NCBI GenBank assembly: GCA_023264445.1
Contig: JAHFMN010000002.1
Location: forward strand, 66,365 to 130,364
Length of the DNA stretch: 64,000 nt
Reading direction: 5' to 3'
DNA from: Candidatus Kaiserbacteria bacterium
Lineage (GTDB): Bacteria > Patescibacteriota > Minisyncoccia > Phycocordibacterales > Phycocordibacteraceae
How positions within the stretch are numbered: the stretch's first letter is position 1; each line of letters begins with the position of its first letter. This document shows, piece after piece, positions 61,091 to 64,000 of this stretch. The notes under the pieces are model-generated. The model made no database searches and had not been told where the DNA came from. It worked only from the letters and a program-made list of their open reading frames with translations. The position numbers and the translations under genes are program-made.

Positions 61091-61097
61091 ATTGACA

Positions 61098-61502
61098 ATG
61101 GCGACCGCAGCCAAAACGAAAACGAAGAGGGTCACGGCGCCAAAGGCGCCGCGGGCGAAAGTCGCACCGAAAAAGTCGGCAACGCCTACGCTCACCGAGC
61201 ACAAGCTCCGTATCCGCGTCCGCGCATACGAGCATAAGATTCTTGATCTTTCGGTGAAGCAGATCATGGACACCGCAGCGCGCTTCGATGCCGTCGTGGT
61301 CGGCCCGGTCCCGCTTCCTACCGAAATCAAGCGCTGGACGGTCAATCGCTCCACGTTCGTCCACAAAGACGCACGCGAGCAGTTCGAGATGCGCGTCCAT
61401 AAGCGCCTCATCGACATCATGAACCCCTCGCCCAAGGTGATCGAGGCCCTCACGAACCTCAATCTTCCTTCAGGGGTCACGATAGATGTAAAAATGGTTT
61501 AA
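61098..61502 (+). CDS. rpsJ: 30S ribosomal protein S10 with a Lys/Ala-rich N-terminal extension
   Basis: IRVRAYEHKILDLSVKQI...; ATG at 61098. Confidence 0.9.
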   Translation: MATAAKTKTKRVTAPKAPRAKVAPKKSATPTLTEHKLRIRVRAYEHKILDLSVKQIMDTAARFDAVVVGPVPLPTEIKRWTVNRSTFVHKDAREQFEMRVHKRLIDIMNPSPKVIEALTNLNLPSGVTIDVKMV

Positions 61503-61515
61503 CAAAGACCGCCAA

Positions 61516-61570
61516 GAAAATGAAAAACCGCTCTCACGAGCGGTTTTTCATTTTCTTGCATCTTTTTGAG
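61516..61570 (+). terminator. 18-bp perfect-stem hairpin (gaaaatgaaaaaccgctc-tcac-gagcggtttttcattttc) followed by a T-rich tract, between rpsJ and rplC
   Basis: Read directly; A-tract before and U-tract after make it bidirectional-capable. Confidence 0.55.
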
Positions 61571-61661
61571 TGCTCGTGTAGAGTGCCTGCATCGCTATGA
61601 CCCTTTCGGGTCCTCCAGCAAATCGCGCCCAGCGATTGCTGTGGCGCGATTTGCATTAAAA

Positions 61662-62276
61662 ATGAAATTCATTCTTGCCAAGAAAGAAGGAATGACCCGA
61701 GTCTTCGGGGAGGATGGCCGCGCTCGCGCGGGGACTATTCTCGCTGCCGACTCGGTGACGGTGACCGCTGTAAAGACAAAGGATGGTAAGGATGCGTACG
61801 CGGCCGTCCAGCTTGGTATGGGCACTCGCAAGACGAAAAACGTTGGCAAGGCCGTCCTTGGACACACAAAGGGGAAGGGATACGAAGCGATTCGCGAATT
61901 TCGTACTGAAGACGCAGCAGAAGTCGGTAGCGTCATCGACGCTTCAGTCTTTGCCGTTGGTGATACAGTCCAGGTCTCTGGGATCACGAAGGGTAAGGGC
62001 TTCGCTGGGGTTGTGAAGCGCCATGGCTTCCACGGCGGATCAAGAACTCACGGCCAGAAACACTCCGAACGTGAGGCAGGATCAATCGGCGGCTCGGGCG
62101 GCCGCGCCGGCGGTCGCGTCGCTAAGGGCATCCGCATGGCCGGCCGCATGGGCGCCGATCGCGTGACGGTCAAGAATCTAAAAGTGCTTGCTGTCGATGC
62201 GAAGGAGGGCAAGCTCGTCATCTCCGGCGCAGTACCAGGCCGCCGCGGCACGCTGCTCGAAGTAGTCTCCGCATAA
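61662..62276 (+). CDS. rplC: 50S ribosomal protein L3
   Basis: ATG 61662 (MKFILAKKEGMTRVF...), GKGFAGVVKRHGF. Confidence 0.92.
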   Translation: MKFILAKKEGMTRVFGEDGRARAGTILAADSVTVTAVKTKDGKDAYAAVQLGMGTRKTKNVGKAVLGHTKGKGYEAIREFRTEDAAEVGSVIDASVFAVGDTVQVSGITKGKGFAGVVKRHGFHGGSRTHGQKHSEREAGSIGGSGGRAGGRVAKGIRMAGRMGADRVTVKNLKVLAVDAKEGKLVISGAVPGRRGTLLEVVSA

Positions 62277-62286
62277 TTTTCATACC

Positions 62287-63036
62287 ATGGCTACTGCAAA
62301 GAAAATCGTAAAGAAGAAAGTCGTACGCGCGCCGAAGGCGCGTGTGGAGAAAGCTGCCACTCCTGCACAAGAAATGAAAATGTACTCGATGCAGGGGAAG
62401 GAAGTCGGTACCATCACTCTCCCGGAGAGAATTTTCAACACGCCATGGCGGAGCGACCTCGTGCATCAGGTGACGACTGCGATGCAGGCAAACCTGCGCC
62501 AGAATCGCGCACACACAAAGGACCGCGCTGAAGTGTCGGGTGGCGGTAAGAAGCCATGGAAGCAGAAGGGTACCGGTCAGGCACGTCATGGCTCAAGCCG
62601 CTCGCCTATCTGGCGCCACGGTGGCGTGACCTTCGGTCCTCGTTCGGAGCGCGATTACAGCGAGAAGATCAACAAGAAGATGCGCGTCGGCGCCCTGCTT
62701 TCGGTTCTTGCGAGAAAGGCAAAGGACGGCGAGATCGTTCTTGTCGATTCGTTCACCTTCGGCGCGCCGAAAACGAAAGAGGCGTTGCAGGCGCTCACTG
62801 CGATTTCAAAGGCGGCGAAGGTGCGCCTGCTTTCAGGCACGGGTTCGCAGTCTGCATTGGTCGCGCTCGCTTCGTACGACCGAAATGCCATGAAGAGTTT
62901 CAGCAACCTGCAAGGCGTCGCAACGGAAGAGGTCCGGAGCCTGAACCCGGTCGATGTGCTTTCGCACAAGTATCTCGTCATTGAGAAGCCGGAAGCGGCA
63001 TTCAAGGCGCTTCTTGCGCGAGCGATGTCCGCATAA
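62287..63036 (+). CDS. rplD: 50S ribosomal protein L4 with a basic N-terminal extension
   Basis: GGGKKPWKQKGTGQARHGS. Confidence 0.92.
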   Translation: MATAKKIVKKKVVRAPKARVEKAATPAQEMKMYSMQGKEVGTITLPERIFNTPWRSDLVHQVTTAMQANLRQNRAHTKDRAEVSGGGKKPWKQKGTGQARHGSSRSPIWRHGGVTFGPRSERDYSEKINKKMRVGALLSVLARKAKDGEIVLVDSFTFGAPKTKEALQALTAISKAAKVRLLSGTGSQSALVALASYDRNAMKSFSNLQGVATEEVRSLNPVDVLSHKYLVIEKPEAAFKALLARAMSA

Positions 63037-63046
63037 CTCCATTCCT

Positions 63047-63412
63047 ATGGCACTCTTCGGCAACAAAAAGAAAGAAAAGAAGGAAGCAAGCGTGAAGCAT
63101 CGCCACGCGCGCACGACCGCATCTGCGCATGGCATCGCGCATGAGGTCATTCGCGCGCCATGGTTCTCCGAGAAGGCGCTCATCGCTACTGAAAAGGGTA
63201 TCTATACCTTTGCAGTACCGTCGCGTGCGACGAAAGCCCAGGTCGCTGGCGCTATCAAGGAAATCTATGCGGTTACGCCAAGAAGCGTACGCATCGTAAA
63301 CCTGCCCGGCAAGGTGAAGACCATGCGCACCAAGCGCGGAGTAGGCCAGCGCGCCGCACGCCGCAAGGCATATGTGTACCTTAATCCCGGGGACACCATT
63401 CAATTTGCATAA
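63047..63412 (+). CDS. rplW: 50S ribosomal protein L23
   Basis: ATG 63047; IRAPWFSEKA...YTFAVPSRATKAQV. Confidence 0.9.
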   Translation: MALFGNKKKEKKEASVKHRHARTTASAHGIAHEVIRAPWFSEKALIATEKGIYTFAVPSRATKAQVAGAIKEIYAVTPRSVRIVNLPGKVKTMRTKRGVGQRAARRKAYVYLNPGDTIQFA

Positions 63413-63418
63413 ACCCGT

Positions 63419-64000
63419 ATGAAAACCTACAAACCCACATCAAAGAGCCGTCGTCACATGACTACCTTGCCGTACAAGGAGCTTCTTTCAGGCGATGCTC
63501 CGCACAAGCCCTTGCTTGCAAAGAAGAATAGCCAGGGCGGCAGAAACGCCTTCGGACGCATCACGACTCGGCACCAGGGCGGCGGGCATAAGCGTCGTCT
63601 GCGCGTCGTGGACTTCTCCTACAACAAGAAAAATATTCCGGCGAAAATCGAAACTATTGAATACGATCCGTTCCGCAGCGCCTTCATCGCTCTCGCGCTC
63701 TATCGCGATGGCGAACGACGCTACGTCATCGTCCCGAAGGAAATGAAAGTAGGGTCAACCTTCGTCGTTGGCGAAGATGCACCCCTCTCCATCGGCAATC
63801 GTATGCCACTCGGGAAAATTCCTGTCGGCACCTTTATCTACAATATTGAACTTTCTCCTGGTGCCGGTGCTAGTCTCGTCCGTTCTGCAGGCAACTTCGC
63901 TGAAGTGGTGGCGCACGATGCCGGCTATGCACAGGTGAAGCTCCCTTCAACCGAGATCCGCAAGATTTCCGACCTCTGCTCCGCAAATATCGGCGCGGTT
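63419..64000 (+). CDS. rplB: 50S ribosomal protein L2 (5' portion; continues beyond the window)
   Basis: Not in the ORF track (no stop in window); MKTYKPTSKSRRHMT...GRNAFGRITTRHQGGGHKRRLRVVDF. Confidence 0.9.
   Translation, partial: MKTYKPTSKSRRHMTTLPYKELLSGDAPHKPLLAKKNSQGGRNAFGRITTRHQGGGHKRRLRVVDFSYNKKNIPAKIETIEYDPFRSAFIALALYRDGERRYVIVPKEMKVGSTFVVGEDAPLSIGNRMPLGKIPVGTFIYNIELSPGAGASLVRSAGNFAEVVAHDAGYAQVKLPSTEIRKISDLCSANIGAV

Overview
This 64 kb window looks like a compact chromosomal segment from a small-genome bacterium, with mostly housekeeping genes on both strands. Lys/Ala-rich N-terminal extensions on the ribosomal proteins S10, L4 and L23, the gene content and the many orphan secreted proteins suggest a Patescibacteria/CPR-like lineage, which is inference only.

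The order of supported genes is roughly as follows.
- Replication-origin neighbourhood: PBP1A, dnaN, dnaA, rpmH, rnpA, yidC, with DnaA boxes and an AT-rich stretch between dnaA and dnaN.
- Core metabolism and maintenance: rpmB, a site-2 protease, SOD, RNase HI, RecJ, HIT, pgk-tpiA, NusA, PPase, ClpP, RNase Y, HU, RarA, a serine protease, YraN, a CCA-adding enzyme, ExoIII, Xer recombinase, S15, an NYN-domain protein, a DksA/TraR-family protein, a LysM/M23 peptidase, UvrD/PcrA, KsgA and a PAP2 phosphatase.
- Translation block at the 3' end: rpsL-rpsG-fusA-tuf-rpsJ, then rplC-rplD-rplW-rplB, where rplB runs off the window.
- Four minus-strand tRNAs: Gly-TCC, Pro-TGG, Gly-GCC and Arg-TCG.

The accessory content is concentrated in three places.
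- A minus-strand operon at 6387..13191 encodes a PrgI-family protein, a VirB4/TrbE-like ATPase, a polytopic membrane protein, secreted proteins and a pilin-like protein. I read this as a type IV secretion-like system, with no relaxase or coupling protein in the window.
- A second cluster of orphan secreted and polytopic membrane proteins sits at 50636..56490. One has VirB6/TrbL-like topology, but this was not confirmed by any search.
- A type IV pilus operon (pilB-pilC plus three prepilin-like genes) at 23232..28481 lies in the same window as ComEC, ComM/YifB and RecJ.

Together these suggest a DNA-uptake or host-contact apparatus. That is a hypothesis, not something demonstrated here.

Other points of note:
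- An AT-rich HigB/HigA-like toxin-antitoxin islet with a coupled third gene.
- A small secreted Tyr/Pro/Gln-repeat protein.
- An unlisted 58-aa ORF with an RBS and its own terminator.
- Several strong hairpins, including an 18-bp perfect stem-loop between rpsJ and rplC.
- An apparent GC-content break at the dnaA/rpmH boundary.

No CRISPR array, rRNA, transposase or prophage was recognised. All calls come from reading motifs in the ORF translations by eye. No database search was run.
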